Part shown: piece after piece, positions 20,778 through 30,659 of the stretch
Layout of the letters: the number at the start of each line of letters is the position of its first letter
Numbering within the stretch: the stretch's first letter is position 1
Source: Trichomonas gallinae
Taxonomy: Eukaryota
Assembly (NCBI GenBank): GCA_008369845.1
Contig: MRSU01001222.1
Span: 1-34,050, forward strand
Reading direction: 5' to 3'
Length of the DNA: 34,050 bases
The notes under the pieces: model-generated
Told to the model about the DNA's origin: nothing
The model's database searches: none
Seen by the model: only the letters and a program-made list of their open reading frames with translations
Made by a program: the position numbers and the translations under genes

Positions 20778-23700
20778 ATGAATGAAAAGTGCCCGTTTAA
20801 AAATGGGATGGAATTGGAGAACCTGAATAAAAGACAGCTTCTTGTTCTCCAAAGGTTTGCGATTAAAGCTGCAAACAACTTTAGATTTCGAAGATATAAG
20901 TCTGCAATAAAAATTCAACGTTTTTTCAGAGAATATTTATATCGAAAACAAATTCAAGATTATGTGAGAGATAGAGCAGCAATTAAGCTACAAAGATTCT
21001 GGAGAAACATAATTAGGCAAAATAGTCAATCAGATGAAAGAAAACGGAAAAGGAAAATAATTACTGGAACATTAAATGCTGATTTGAATGGTCTTGGAAT
21101 ACCACATCGATCAAAACGAAGATTTATAGTTCCAGAATTAGGCCCTCCGTGGAAAAATCAAAACATGAAAAAATTTCGAGATGATCAAATAGATGCAATG
21201 TTAAAAGAACGCGAAGCTACTTACAAATGGTGTTTTAACCTTGTTTCAAGTGTGCCAAAGAAAATGTTTCAAAGATTTGATATGATTGATCAAATTCATG
21301 CAAAAAATACTGAATTTATGAACAGAATTGTTCAACACAACTTCTTCGTCTTTGTTCCTGTCTACAGACAAAATATTCCATTTTCCAGAAGTTTTTATTT
21401 TCATGAACCTTCTTATCGACTTTTTGTCGTCTGCAGGAAGAGTGTTGCTATGATTACTATACACGAAGATGAAACAGAAAATGAGTCCTTTCCAATTGAA
21501 TCGGATGGAAACTTGATTGACTCTGCATTCGACAAATATTGCGGAAGAATTTATTTGCTGTTTGACGATTGGACTATTTCAGTATTCGAACACGGACAGT
21601 TCATTAAACCGCGCAAACTGTTAGCTAGAAGACCACTTCCGTGCCAGAAGAAGTACATGTTCGTCGATAAATTTGGATATCTTTGGTTGTACTGCAGCTA
21701 TCTTCGTTCTTCTTTCATTTTAATTGATTCTTTGACTTTTTCTCCACTGACAGAAATTTTCATTAAACTTCCAAAGGACAAAACACTTGGAGAGATAATG
21801 CCAATGTTCGTCAAAGGAGTTCCATCTGGTTACATTGTTTACGACTTCGAAGATGGAACGCCATATATGCTGAACAAGTTTTACGATGTTGCTTTTGACA
21901 AATTCAACGAATTTGACGACAAAGATACAAAAATATTCGTCAACAGAGAGTTTGTAGTAAAATATGGAGGAAATTCATGCGATTTTGTGATTTATGACAG
22001 AAATGGAGAAGAAATAAAGAAAAGACAAACAATAAAACTCGAATGTCCAGCCCTTCACGTTGATTACAACAAAAGAAGACAACTTTTCTTTGTTTCATTG
22101 ATCAACAACAAAATCAACATTTTTGGTTTGTTTAAACGCCAGTTTCAGTTCGTTATTCCTAAGGAGAGCATTGAACCGAAGCTGCAAGGTTTGTATGAAG
22201 AAGCATTTGGAGATCTTTTGAAGAGGCCAACATACACGAGAGATGAATTCCAACTATTAAAAGAATATAGAATGATTTCACCAGGATACTACTTTAGAGC
22301 TGTTCAATTTTCAACGACGACTTTTCTTATTGTTTCTTGCAGCATGAATGGCTTCGTTAACTTCATTTTCATGACAATCAATGAGCATCCGATCAAAGCT
22401 TTTCAAGCTCAATTGATGAAGTATCCACCTTATCACACTTCGCCTTTAGTTGTCTGCAGGCGAGTTTTCGATGAAGATTTCTTCCACGTTTATCCACTGA
22501 TTATGCGGACAAGGAAACAGTTTGATCGTGATTCACTATTCAATCAACAAGTTTGTGCTGAGGTTGAGAAAAGATTCATTTTGTACAGACTCAAATCGTT
22601 TTTGGATTCAGATCTGCCAAGAATCATTTTGATGTCTCCATACAGACGATGGATTAGATATTTATCTGTTTTCAAAGACAAACTATCTGTTTACGAGCTT
22701 TACAATATACTGTCTAACACGATAATCATGAAAATGTCAATCAACACGACAGACAAATTCATTCGCTTATTGATTGCGAATACGAACATCAAAAACACTT
22801 CCAATGTCGGAATTTATAAATGTCTTTCAGGCTTGACATTTTCATCAGATGAAATTTTGATTGGTCTTGAAGCAATTGCGAATTTGCTTTCATCTGAACT
22901 CAAAGATTTCTACATATTCAGAGAAAGTATTCATGGCCTTGACATGACTTTCCAATCATTTTTCATGAAGAAAGCCGCGAACGAGTACAACGCTTTTGTT
23001 ATACACAAGCTTAATGAGATTGAAAATGTCATCAAAAACAGAATCAAAAGCAGTGGAGCAATCATACCGCTTTCATCGAAGAGGGCGTCAAAATATGTCG
23101 TTATTCCTGACATTTATCCAGAGATTTCGAAGCCAATTTTGCTGCCAAAGCTTATTTCGAAGCCAGTAGGATTGGCTCCTAATCCACTGTTTGAAGCCTA
23201 CAGATACAGATCGCACAGAGATTTCGACATTTCATCGAATGATGTCAAATATTGTTCATATGACAAAGATGTCGAAAACGCTGAAATTATTCCACTCAAA
23301 AAAGAAATTCCAATTGATGAAGTCAGCATCAACAGAGGCATGGGACAAATAAATCAGATGCCAAGCATTGTCTGCATATCAAAAGATGGAATGCAGCTCA
23401 TGCAACAATATCCAGTCAACTATGTCCCTCTTGCTTATTTCTTAGAGTCAGATCATTTTTCGCAAGGAAATCCACAAAACTTCTTGGTCGCTAGATACTG
23501 GCTGATGCAGATTTTGATCATTCTCGGCTCATTGCACAAACTAAAAGTTGTTTTGAGAAGCTGTTTGCCTGCAAATTTCATCATAAGTCTTGATGGAACA
23601 ACAATTCAGCTCTTGACAATGGCAGATGCCTTCATTCCTGGAGTAGATCCACCAGATTTACACTGGAAAGAACAATTCGATTATTTCCTTCCACCTGAAT

Positions 23701-26300
23701 ATTTCGACGGAAAGGCTGCTTCTCCAGCATTTGACATCTACCAATTTGGTGTTTTGATGCTGATAATTTTCACTGGAATGATTCCATCATCTTTTGACAA
23801 AGTCATCAAAAAATACCAGAAATACAGAGATCTTCCTGTACTACAAATCTTGAAGTCTCCATTCTTCTATTATGATCCAATAGAAAGCCTAGATTTCCAT
23901 CCATTTCCTTTCTTCACAGCCAAGAATGATGTCCTCCACAAGATGCTGGAAATTGACAGCAATTCTTCTTTGTTTGATGTTGTTTCAAGTTGCTTGGATT
24001 TCGATCCAGAAAGAAGACCAACAGTTAGACAGCTTCTGGATCATCCTTTCTTCAATATTTCAGTCAATCTATGCAATAGAGCTAAAGTCAATGCTTTGGC
24101 AATTGTCCATTCTACTCCTTATTCTATTTGTGTTAAAGCAATTTTCGGAAATTTAGTTTTACACATCGAAAACGAACTCAAAGTTGATCCAGCGAGAGCA
24201 CCAACTCTTGTGACAGCTGTTAATATTTTGGATGCTTTCCTCAATCCTAATGAAACAAATATTCCTTTCCCAATTGCAAGCTCATCAGCTTCAAACATCG
24301 TCAACGAAGTTTTCGAGCAAGATTATTTCGACAAAATTGTTGATTATGTCATTCATTGTCTGAGTCTGAGATTTGAACGCGGCGAAGATGTTAAAGAAGA
24401 TCAGCCATTTTCAGCTGTTTTGAAACTCTACCATCAGTTCTTTAGAACAAGAGTCGTTTCAGACAGTTTGTTTATCAGAGTTTTTCCCTCTTTCAAAAGA
24501 TTATGCACTGGAATCTGGACGTGGCACGAATCCCATTCATTATTCTCTTTCTTGCACTTAAACATGAAGCCATTAGTTGATTTCTTCTTCTTAAAAGTTT
24601 CCCCTGATGTCCACAAGAAGATGGGAATCTCAGAGTTTTACTGCAAGAATTTCGTCCAGTTTTATGATAATCTCAGAGATTTTTCACTAGCTTTCGAAGA
24701 AAAAAGCATTAAAAGATATACTTCGGCGCTGAACTTCATGAAGATATTCATCGAAGCTTACAGAAATGAAGACACAAAGCAATTATTATTGGATTTCGGC
24801 ATCGCGCATAAAATCGAACAATCTTTAGTTTTCTCGATTTTGCCAGTGAGATTGGCTGCTCTTGAATTGTCAAATGAACTCCTTTCGTTCGAAAGCCCTG
24901 AATTGTTCGAAGATCTACTGTTTAATACAATAGCTTATCACATCGAATCCCCGAACCAACCATTCGCTGAAAAGCAGATGATGATTGAATTGTGCAGAAG
25001 ACTTTTCTTGTCAAAATCATTTAATTTGATTTTGTCAATGGTTAGATCAGGAATCATTGAGTCCCTCTTAGCTTGCACATCAACAAACATACCAGAAAAT
25101 ACTCAATACACAGTTTGGGGATACAAAGAAGACCTTCCAATCTACAAGCAAGCGAGAAATGTTTTAACTGAAATTTGTACAAATGGAATTTCATCAATAC
25201 TTCAAATAATCATGAACTGCAAAGATATCGCTGCAGAACTTGAGAAATTAAACATTGTTGAATTCGGCACGAAGAAGTTTGGCGACATGATAAGGCATTT
25301 AGACATAAACAATGTTGTCGAGCCAACATTGATAACAACAATGTCCGTTGCCGAATGTTCTCCAATCAATGTCGTAACAAGCATGACAGGGCAAACATCT
25401 CAAGCATTCCAGGAATCAATGACAGCAGTTGCAAGATATTTAGTGAGAACTGGTGTTAAAGAAGTCTCATTGCTTAAATCAGTCATAATGATTTGGGAAA
25501 ATCACAAATGGGATCTTTATAAGCCTCTCTTTGATTTCGTCAATAACGAATTCGTGAAATACGACAGACAAGACTGTGTTCATTTAAGTCTGCGAATAAT
25601 TCAGCGTCAGACACTACCAGATAGTTTCTTGCTAATTCCAAAAGCATTCATTTCGTCAGCGAGAAATTCATATGAAAGAATTAAAACAGCTGCCAAAAAA
25701 CGCCAAGTTGACACTCAGATAATAGAAAACTATCCAACAGAAAGGAAGTGGAGAATGATGATGCTCACTGCAATGCTTATGTGCACTGATAGAAGGATTC
25801 CGTTGGTCTTGTATGAAGAGAATTTCGCCGATTTTATCATCGAATGTCTGCAGACTCCAGTTAAACTTGAAGTCAATCTCAGAGTAGTACCTCCTTCATT
25901 CGCTACTTACAACAGAACATACCAGATAAGGAGTGAAGCTATACAATTCATCAAAATCATATGCTCTAAATCTAGGCATGGTGACTCTGTTCTGGGCAGT
26001 GTTGTTTCAAGAGTCAGAAACGGCGGACTTTTGCAAAAAGAAGCAGAGATGCTCAGGAAAATTGAAGACAGAGAATATAGGAAGACATGTATTGCTCTTC
26101 TGCAAGTTCTGTCAGATGCAGAAGAATTCTTTGGAATCAATTCTATCATCGTTAACTCTGACTTCTTGATGGAATTGAAGGAAGAGACTCTACTTGATTG
26201 GGAGAAGTTCCAGATCCTTAAGAATGCATGGAAGAAGAGCATGGATAACGCAATCAGCGTTTATGGAAGAATTCGTTGCTTATATGATTCCATTGCATGA
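20778..26300 (+). CDS. Large multidomain protein: tandem IQ motifs, beta-rich (propeller-like) region, pseudokinase domain, C-terminal helical (ARM/HEAT-like) region
   Basis: IQ motifs SAIKIQRFFREYLYRK and AAIKLQRFWRNIIRQ. Kinase C-lobe motifs YFLPPEY, AFDIYQFGVLM and CLDFDPERRPTVRQLLDHPFF. Catalytic loop reads LRSCLPAN (no HRD) and no DFG is present. The propeller and ARM calls are inference from residue patterning. Confidence 0.85.
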   Translation: MNEKCPFKNGMELENLNKRQLLVLQRFAIKAANNFRFRRYKSAIKIQRFFREYLYRKQIQDYVRDRAAIKLQRFWRNIIRQNSQSDERKRKRKIITGTLNADLNGLGIPHRSKRRFIVPELGPPWKNQNMKKFRDDQIDAMLKEREATYKWCFNLVSSVPKKMFQRFDMIDQIHAKNTEFMNRIVQHNFFVFVPVYRQNIPFSRSFYFHEPSYRLFVVCRKSVAMITIHEDETENESFPIESDGNLIDSAFDKYCGRIYLLFDDWTISVFEHGQFIKPRKLLARRPLPCQKKYMFVDKFGYLWLYCSYLRSSFILIDSLTFSPLTEIFIKLPKDKTLGEIMPMFVKGVPSGYIVYDFEDGTPYMLNKFYDVAFDKFNEFDDKDTKIFVNREFVVKYGGNSCDFVIYDRNGEEIKKRQTIKLECPALHVDYNKRRQLFFVSLINNKINIFGLFKRQFQFVIPKESIEPKLQGLYEEAFGDLLKRPTYTRDEFQLLKEYRMISPGYYFRAVQFSTTTFLIVSCSMNGFVNFIFMTINEHPIKAFQAQLMKYPPYHTSPLVVCRRVFDEDFFHVYPLIMRTRKQFDRDSLFNQQVCAEVEKRFILYRLKSFLDSDLPRIILMSPYRRWIRYLSVFKDKLSVYELYNILSNTIIMKMSINTTDKFIRLLIANTNIKNTSNVGIYKCLSGLTFSSDEILIGLEAIANLLSSELKDFYIFRESIHGLDMTFQSFFMKKAANEYNAFVIHKLNEIENVIKNRIKSSGAIIPLSSKRASKYVVIPDIYPEISKPILLPKLISKPVGLAPNPLFEAYRYRSHRDFDISSNDVKYCSYDKDVENAEIIPLKKEIPIDEVSINRGMGQINQMPSIVCISKDGMQLMQQYPVNYVPLAYFLESDHFSQGNPQNFLVARYWLMQILIILGSLHKLKVVLRSCLPANFIISLDGTTIQLLTMADAFIPGVDPPDLHWKEQFDYFLPPEYFDGKAASPAFDIYQFGVLMLIIFTGMIPSSFDKVIKKYQKYRDLPVLQILKSPFFYYDPIESLDFHPFPFFTAKNDVLHKMLEIDSNSSLFDVVSSCLDFDPERRPTVRQLLDHPFFNISVNLCNRAKVNALAIVHSTPYSICVKAIFGNLVLHIENELKVDPARAPTLVTAVNILDAFLNPNETNIPFPIASSSASNIVNEVFEQDYFDKIVDYVIHCLSLRFERGEDVKEDQPFSAVLKLYHQFFRTRVVSDSLFIRVFPSFKRLCTGIWTWHESHSLFSFLHLNMKPLVDFFFLKVSPDVHKKMGISEFYCKNFVQFYDNLRDFSLAFEEKSIKRYTSALNFMKIFIEAYRNEDTKQLLLDFGIAHKIEQSLVFSILPVRLAALELSNELLSFESPELFEDLLFNTIAYHIESPNQPFAEKQMMIELCRRLFLSKSFNLILSMVRSGIIESLLACTSTNIPENTQYTVWGYKEDLPIYKQARNVLTEICTNGISSILQIIMNCKDIAAELEKLNIVEFGTKKFGDMIRHLDINNVVEPTLITTMSVAECSPINVVTSMTGQTSQAFQESMTAVARYLVRTGVKEVSLLKSVIMIWENHKWDLYKPLFDFVNNEFVKYDRQDCVHLSLRIIQRQTLPDSFLLIPKAFISSARNSYERIKTAAKKRQVDTQIIENYPTERKWRMMMLTAMLMCTDRRIPLVLYEENFADFIIECLQTPVKLEVNLRVVPPSFATYNRTYQIRSEAIQFIKIICSKSRHGDSVLGSVVSRVRNGGLLQKEAEMLRKIEDREYRKTCIALLQVLSDAEEFFGINSIIVNSDFLMELKEETLLDWEKFQILKNAWKKSMDNAISVYGRIRCLYDSIA

Positions 26301-26630
26301 ATTTATTTTTATTGTTAGTATTTATTAAATTTTAAATCTATCGTATACGTATACAAATCATTAGTGGCCACAGTGGCTGTGGTTAAGCATGCATCACTCA
26401 TGTTTCTGACTTTTGATTCATTTTTCCCTTGGATATTATATTTTCGTTTCTTCTTGTTTAATTCAACATGAATCTTCAACAATTTGCGATTAATTTTGAT
26501 TTATTTTTGCAGATTGATCGTGAATATTGTCCCATATATAGTTGCTAAATAAAAACCATGAAGTATATGGAATTAAAATAGTAAATATTTGTCATGTAAT
26601 TTTTATTTGACATGTAAAATATTTATTGAC

Positions 26631-29489
26631 ATGTGCTATGCATTGTGCTCTATACATGGGCCGACGCTAATTACATCATGCTGCTTGTCAGAATCACAGC
26701 AAAAGATATACATGTCACGCGGTAATGAACTTATTTCTCAAAATTTCGAAGAAAATTCGTTTGATATTCCTCAAATTCGCCGACTTTTTGGAAATATACT
26801 CAAAATTTGCGTTATAGAAGACATAAATTCATCATACCTTGCAGTTTTACTCGAAAACGACATTCTCGAATTATTTAACATCAAAAACGAATCATACAGA
26901 TGCATACAGAAGTCCCATATTTCAGGACTCATAGGAGATGTTACAAAGCCAATGATGGCCGCTTCCGATAAATGCATCATCACTCATACGAGAAAAAGAA
27001 CTTTGACGATTTTCACGCTCACGCAAGTTAAATTAATCGCAAACAGCTTCAATGTTAACGTTCCATTCGACAAAATCTACGGAATAATTACTACACCAGG
27101 AAGTATTTCAGACTTTGCAGTACTTGGACGAGACCTTTCTCACGTTTTACTTGTTTCGTTTTTCAAAATAACAGACAATGATATTTCATTTGTCTTCGAC
27201 GTGCAAATAGAAGGAACATCAGAGCTCCCATATATAGCTGAGTACCCGGGCTATCTAGCTGCAGTATGTGCAAACAAATCAGTTACTTTTATTCAAGATG
27301 AAAATATCAAACACATTTTGCAGACAAAAATTCCAGAAATCGTTACGATAACGAAAGCCACAGAATCAATTGCAATATTGTCGGATTCTGTAGGAAATAT
27401 TTATACAGCAGCAGTTCATGGAATGCAGAACATGGAGAAAAAACAAATAAAATTGAATCGCGCGTCAGAAATTGTTAGATTATCGAATAATATCTTAATG
27501 AAATTATCATCTTTTGGTGATGCACATTTATTGAAATACGACGCGAAAAACATTGAAGTTATTGATACTTACGCATCATTTAATACAGCACGTTGCATGC
27601 TAAGATCTCTTTTTGTTACGAAAGAAGGAAAGTTAAGATCTCTTGAAAATGGATCAGCGACAAACATTGTTGCACACGCTGACGTTGGCAATGGAACTGA
27701 TGTGTTCGGACTAAGTGATATTCTCGTTATATCGTCATTTAACAAAACTGTTGTCTTAAATAACGATTTTGAGACTGTTGAAATCAGTCATGTTGATTTA
27801 TCAGCTAGAACAATTGCATTGGCAGGCACTGATTCGGATAATTTCATTCAGATTACTACAAATCGCGCCTTCGTTGTAAGAAATGGAAAAGAAGTATTTA
27901 ATGAATTTTTCACTGATGAAATTTTCTTCGCATCAACAGATGGAAATTGTTTTATTTTATGCACAGCTGATAAAATTTACACATACTCTGCTGTTGATTA
28001 CAAAAAACAAGAGTATCCAATACAAGCGTCATCAGTTGGATCCTGCGAAAACAAATTTTCTTATTCAACTTGGTCAGACAATGTTTTGACAGTTTTAGAA
28101 AATGATCAAATTTTTAATTTTAAATTTGATGAAATGATAACAAATATTTACATGACTCCAAACATAATCTATTGCATTGCAAGCACAAATGTTTATATGC
28201 TGCAAAATGGAAAAATAACAAAAATCGTTACCGACAAAGTATTCAACAAAATTAGAGACATTAATGGACGACCATTTATTTGTGGCTCACAATCAGGTTT
28301 CCTAGATGGAGATAAGTTAGATTACTTTACTTCCAATTATTCCATCGATGCAGCATCTTTTGGAGGAATGATTGCTTTCCTTAAAGAAGATGGGTTAGAA
28401 TTAATCGAGCAAGATGGCGTAAAACATCACACGCACATCAATGAATATACTGCTGAAGGTTTAACTATAACTTGTGCAGCGATAGATGAAAATGGAGACT
28501 GTCCGAAAGTTTTTGGAGCGTTGAATATGAATAATGAATGCGAATTAGTTTCTCCTGATGTAAAGAGTGCTAGGATGCTTCCAAAAGAAATACCAATACA
28601 GATGGAATGGATTTCGATTAAGCAAAGACCATTTTTAGCTGTTTTATCGAATGTTTCACAAACAGCTTCCCTCTCTATTTATACTCCTCAGCTTGAAAGA
28701 GCAGCTGATCTACAACTTGTAGGAGCACCAAGTACTTTATGCTTCGTCGATAAGACATATATAGCAGTCGCTCATGGGCATTCATTGTCAATTATTACTA
28801 CTGACATTAGTGAAGAAAAAATTGTTTCATTGAAAGTTTCTTCAACAGTTCCTGGTAGATCTAAATGCTCATCACTGACATCACCAAACAGCTGCTTCGT
28901 TATTTATGCTGATGCATTTGCTTCATGCACAATTTATTCAGTTATCAATGGAATTGCAACAGAAGTAACAAGAGATATTTCAACGAAGAAATTAAAATTT
29001 GCTGCTGCAATTTCTAACGATTTAGTCTTTGCATTGGAAAACAATGGAACTGCTCTCGGTTTAAGAATATCAGGAAATAAGATGAGAATTGAAAGTGCGT
29101 TTAATATTGGAGCAAATATCATTGCTGGATTTTCATCACCTCCTGTCACATTTTCCACGTCAACTGGTTCTCTTATTGGCTTGTTTAAAGTAGAAAATGA
29201 TCAGGCAGCCATGGCCCTTTACAGATCAATGAGGAGTTATTTGTATGATTTAGCCTGCGAAACATGCGGTCAATGGAGAAAGGTGACGAGAAACGGAAGA
29301 GAAATTGGAACGGGAAACTTCATTGATGGCGATTTATTGATCTTGTTTAATTCTCTGTCGAATGAAGATAAAGAGATGATCGTTCTCCATTCAGGAATTA
29401 ACATGCAAACGGCTACAAAAGTTGCTGAAAGCATCGAAAAACTTGTTGTTAATTATCGCATGAAAACGCAAAATCCAATTAAATTATAA
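26631..29489 (+). CDS. DDB1/CPSF1/SF3B3-family multi-beta-propeller protein, most DDB1-like (952 aa from ATG 26631)
   Basis: Beta-strand-rich throughout. The C-terminal GNFIDGDLLILFNSL followed by helices matches the CPSF_A/DDB1 'FIDGDL' signature. The ORF-track start at 26589 is TTG; the first ATG is at 26631. Confidence 0.7.
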   Translation: MCYALCSIHGPTLITSCCLSESQQKIYMSRGNELISQNFEENSFDIPQIRRLFGNILKICVIEDINSSYLAVLLENDILELFNIKNESYRCIQKSHISGLIGDVTKPMMAASDKCIITHTRKRTLTIFTLTQVKLIANSFNVNVPFDKIYGIITTPGSISDFAVLGRDLSHVLLVSFFKITDNDISFVFDVQIEGTSELPYIAEYPGYLAAVCANKSVTFIQDENIKHILQTKIPEIVTITKATESIAILSDSVGNIYTAAVHGMQNMEKKQIKLNRASEIVRLSNNILMKLSSFGDAHLLKYDAKNIEVIDTYASFNTARCMLRSLFVTKEGKLRSLENGSATNIVAHADVGNGTDVFGLSDILVISSFNKTVVLNNDFETVEISHVDLSARTIALAGTDSDNFIQITTNRAFVVRNGKEVFNEFFTDEIFFASTDGNCFILCTADKIYTYSAVDYKKQEYPIQASSVGSCENKFSYSTWSDNVLTVLENDQIFNFKFDEMITNIYMTPNIIYCIASTNVYMLQNGKITKIVTDKVFNKIRDINGRPFICGSQSGFLDGDKLDYFTSNYSIDAASFGGMIAFLKEDGLELIEQDGVKHHTHINEYTAEGLTITCAAIDENGDCPKVFGALNMNNECELVSPDVKSARMLPKEIPIQMEWISIKQRPFLAVLSNVSQTASLSIYTPQLERAADLQLVGAPSTLCFVDKTYIAVAHGHSLSIITTDISEEKIVSLKVSSTVPGRSKCSSLTSPNSCFVIYADAFASCTIYSVINGIATEVTRDISTKKLKFAAAISNDLVFALENNGTALGLRISGNKMRIESAFNIGANIIAGFSSPPVTFSTSTGSLIGLFKVENDQAAMALYRSMRSYLYDLACETCGQWRKVTRNGREIGTGNFIDGDLLILFNSLSNEDKEMIVLHSGINMQTATKVAESIEKLVVNYRMKTQNPIKL

Positions 29490-30004
29490 AGTGTTTTTAT
29501 ATTATTTCATAACAATATATATTATGTTTCCAAACCAACAACTTGATTTTAAATTATATCATTATCAAAAAATATTATGACTAAACTCCATTAATTTGTG
29601 CATTACATCATGAACAAACAAAAACAATAATTTTGATTCTAAACAAATGATTAGCTATCTATTTGAGCTGAAAAACGTCAATAATTCCCACATTTACCAA
29701 ATTTGAAATTATTGAATTTATTGAACAAGTTTAATTATAAAATCTATACATAAAAAACTTTCATACAACACATTAATATAATAAATTTCAAATGTGAAAT
29801 ATATGATTCAAAACTTGTTTTTTATCAAAATGTGTATTAAGTAGTTCATTATGTGTCTTTATTAATGATTATCACTATTGGTAATCCTAATAACATTCAT
29901 TTTCATGCCAATCTATCTTATAAATGTATAATGTCAATATAAGTATTATGGAAGGCAAATATAATTGATAAGTTTACGGATTCATAATTTGGATTGAAAA
30001 TTAA

Positions 30005-30059
30005 AAAGTGACAATATGAAAGTGACGTGTGTCAAAGCGTCAAAAATTATAAAAGTGAC
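30005..30059 (+). promoter_or_regulatory. Triple AAAGTGAC motif cluster upstream of the NUS1-like gene
   Basis: Exact AAAGTGAC at 30005-30012, 30019-30026 and 30052-30059, ending 10 nt before the ATG at 30069. Confidence 0.6.
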
Positions 30060-30068
30060 GCGACTAAA

Positions 30069-30659
30069 ATGGGAAAAGCTTTGATATATATACGGAAGCC
30101 TCTACTTTTGTTAATGCAAATCAGCATTCTTATTCTATACTACACTAAGTATTTGTTCGATAAATTTGTCCGCATTCTTCCAGGAAAAAAGCTTATTAAC
30201 GAAAGTTCTTTCAAATCATTCCAAAAGATGCCAAAACATATCGGAATTGTATTCAACACTGAGAAACCAGAGATGTACACAAATAAAATACAAGAAGTCC
30301 TTGATTTAGCTACAAAGATCGATGGAATTAACGAAATATCGCTCTATTTCATAGATAGGGTTCCTGAACTTAGATACAACCCATCAAAAGTCGCAATATT
30401 CACTCATAGCGATGTTGAAACGTATTTCATCAAAGAAATGAATAAAAAGGCACCGATTGAAGAGAACAACGATCCATTCAAATCTCCACTAGAACTTGTT
30501 ATCTTCTTTTCACAAGTACATAGTCTTTGCGGATTTTTCCCGTGGAGATTAGATTTGTGTACACTGGTTTACCCTGGAGACATGAAATTACTCTCCAAAT
30601 ATACGTTTTATAAGTCATTCATTGAATATCAAGCGACAGAACAAAGAAATGGAAAATAA
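30069..30659 (+). CDS. NUS1: NUS1/Nogo-B receptor-like subunit of dehydrodolichyl diphosphate synthase (cis-prenyltransferase), 196 aa
   Basis: N-terminal hydrophobic segment, PKHIGIVF, LCGFFPWRL, and C-terminal EQRNGK (RxG tail as in human NgBR EQRLGK). The ORF-track start at 30027 is GTG; the first ATG is at 30069. Confidence 0.82.
   Translation: MGKALIYIRKPLLLLMQISILILYYTKYLFDKFVRILPGKKLINESSFKSFQKMPKHIGIVFNTEKPEMYTNKIQEVLDLATKIDGINEISLYFIDRVPELRYNPSKVAIFTHSDVETYFIKEMNKKAPIEENNDPFKSPLELVIFFSQVHSLCGFFPWRLDLCTLVYPGDMKLLSKYTFYKSFIEYQATEQRNGK

Noticed and set aside
2029..26242. Numerous 60-160-aa antisense or alternate-frame ORFs within CCDC146, dynein and the pseudokinase gene
   Set aside because: Shadow ORFs expected from biased codon usage in long genes; Ser/Phe/Leu-rich with no motifs.
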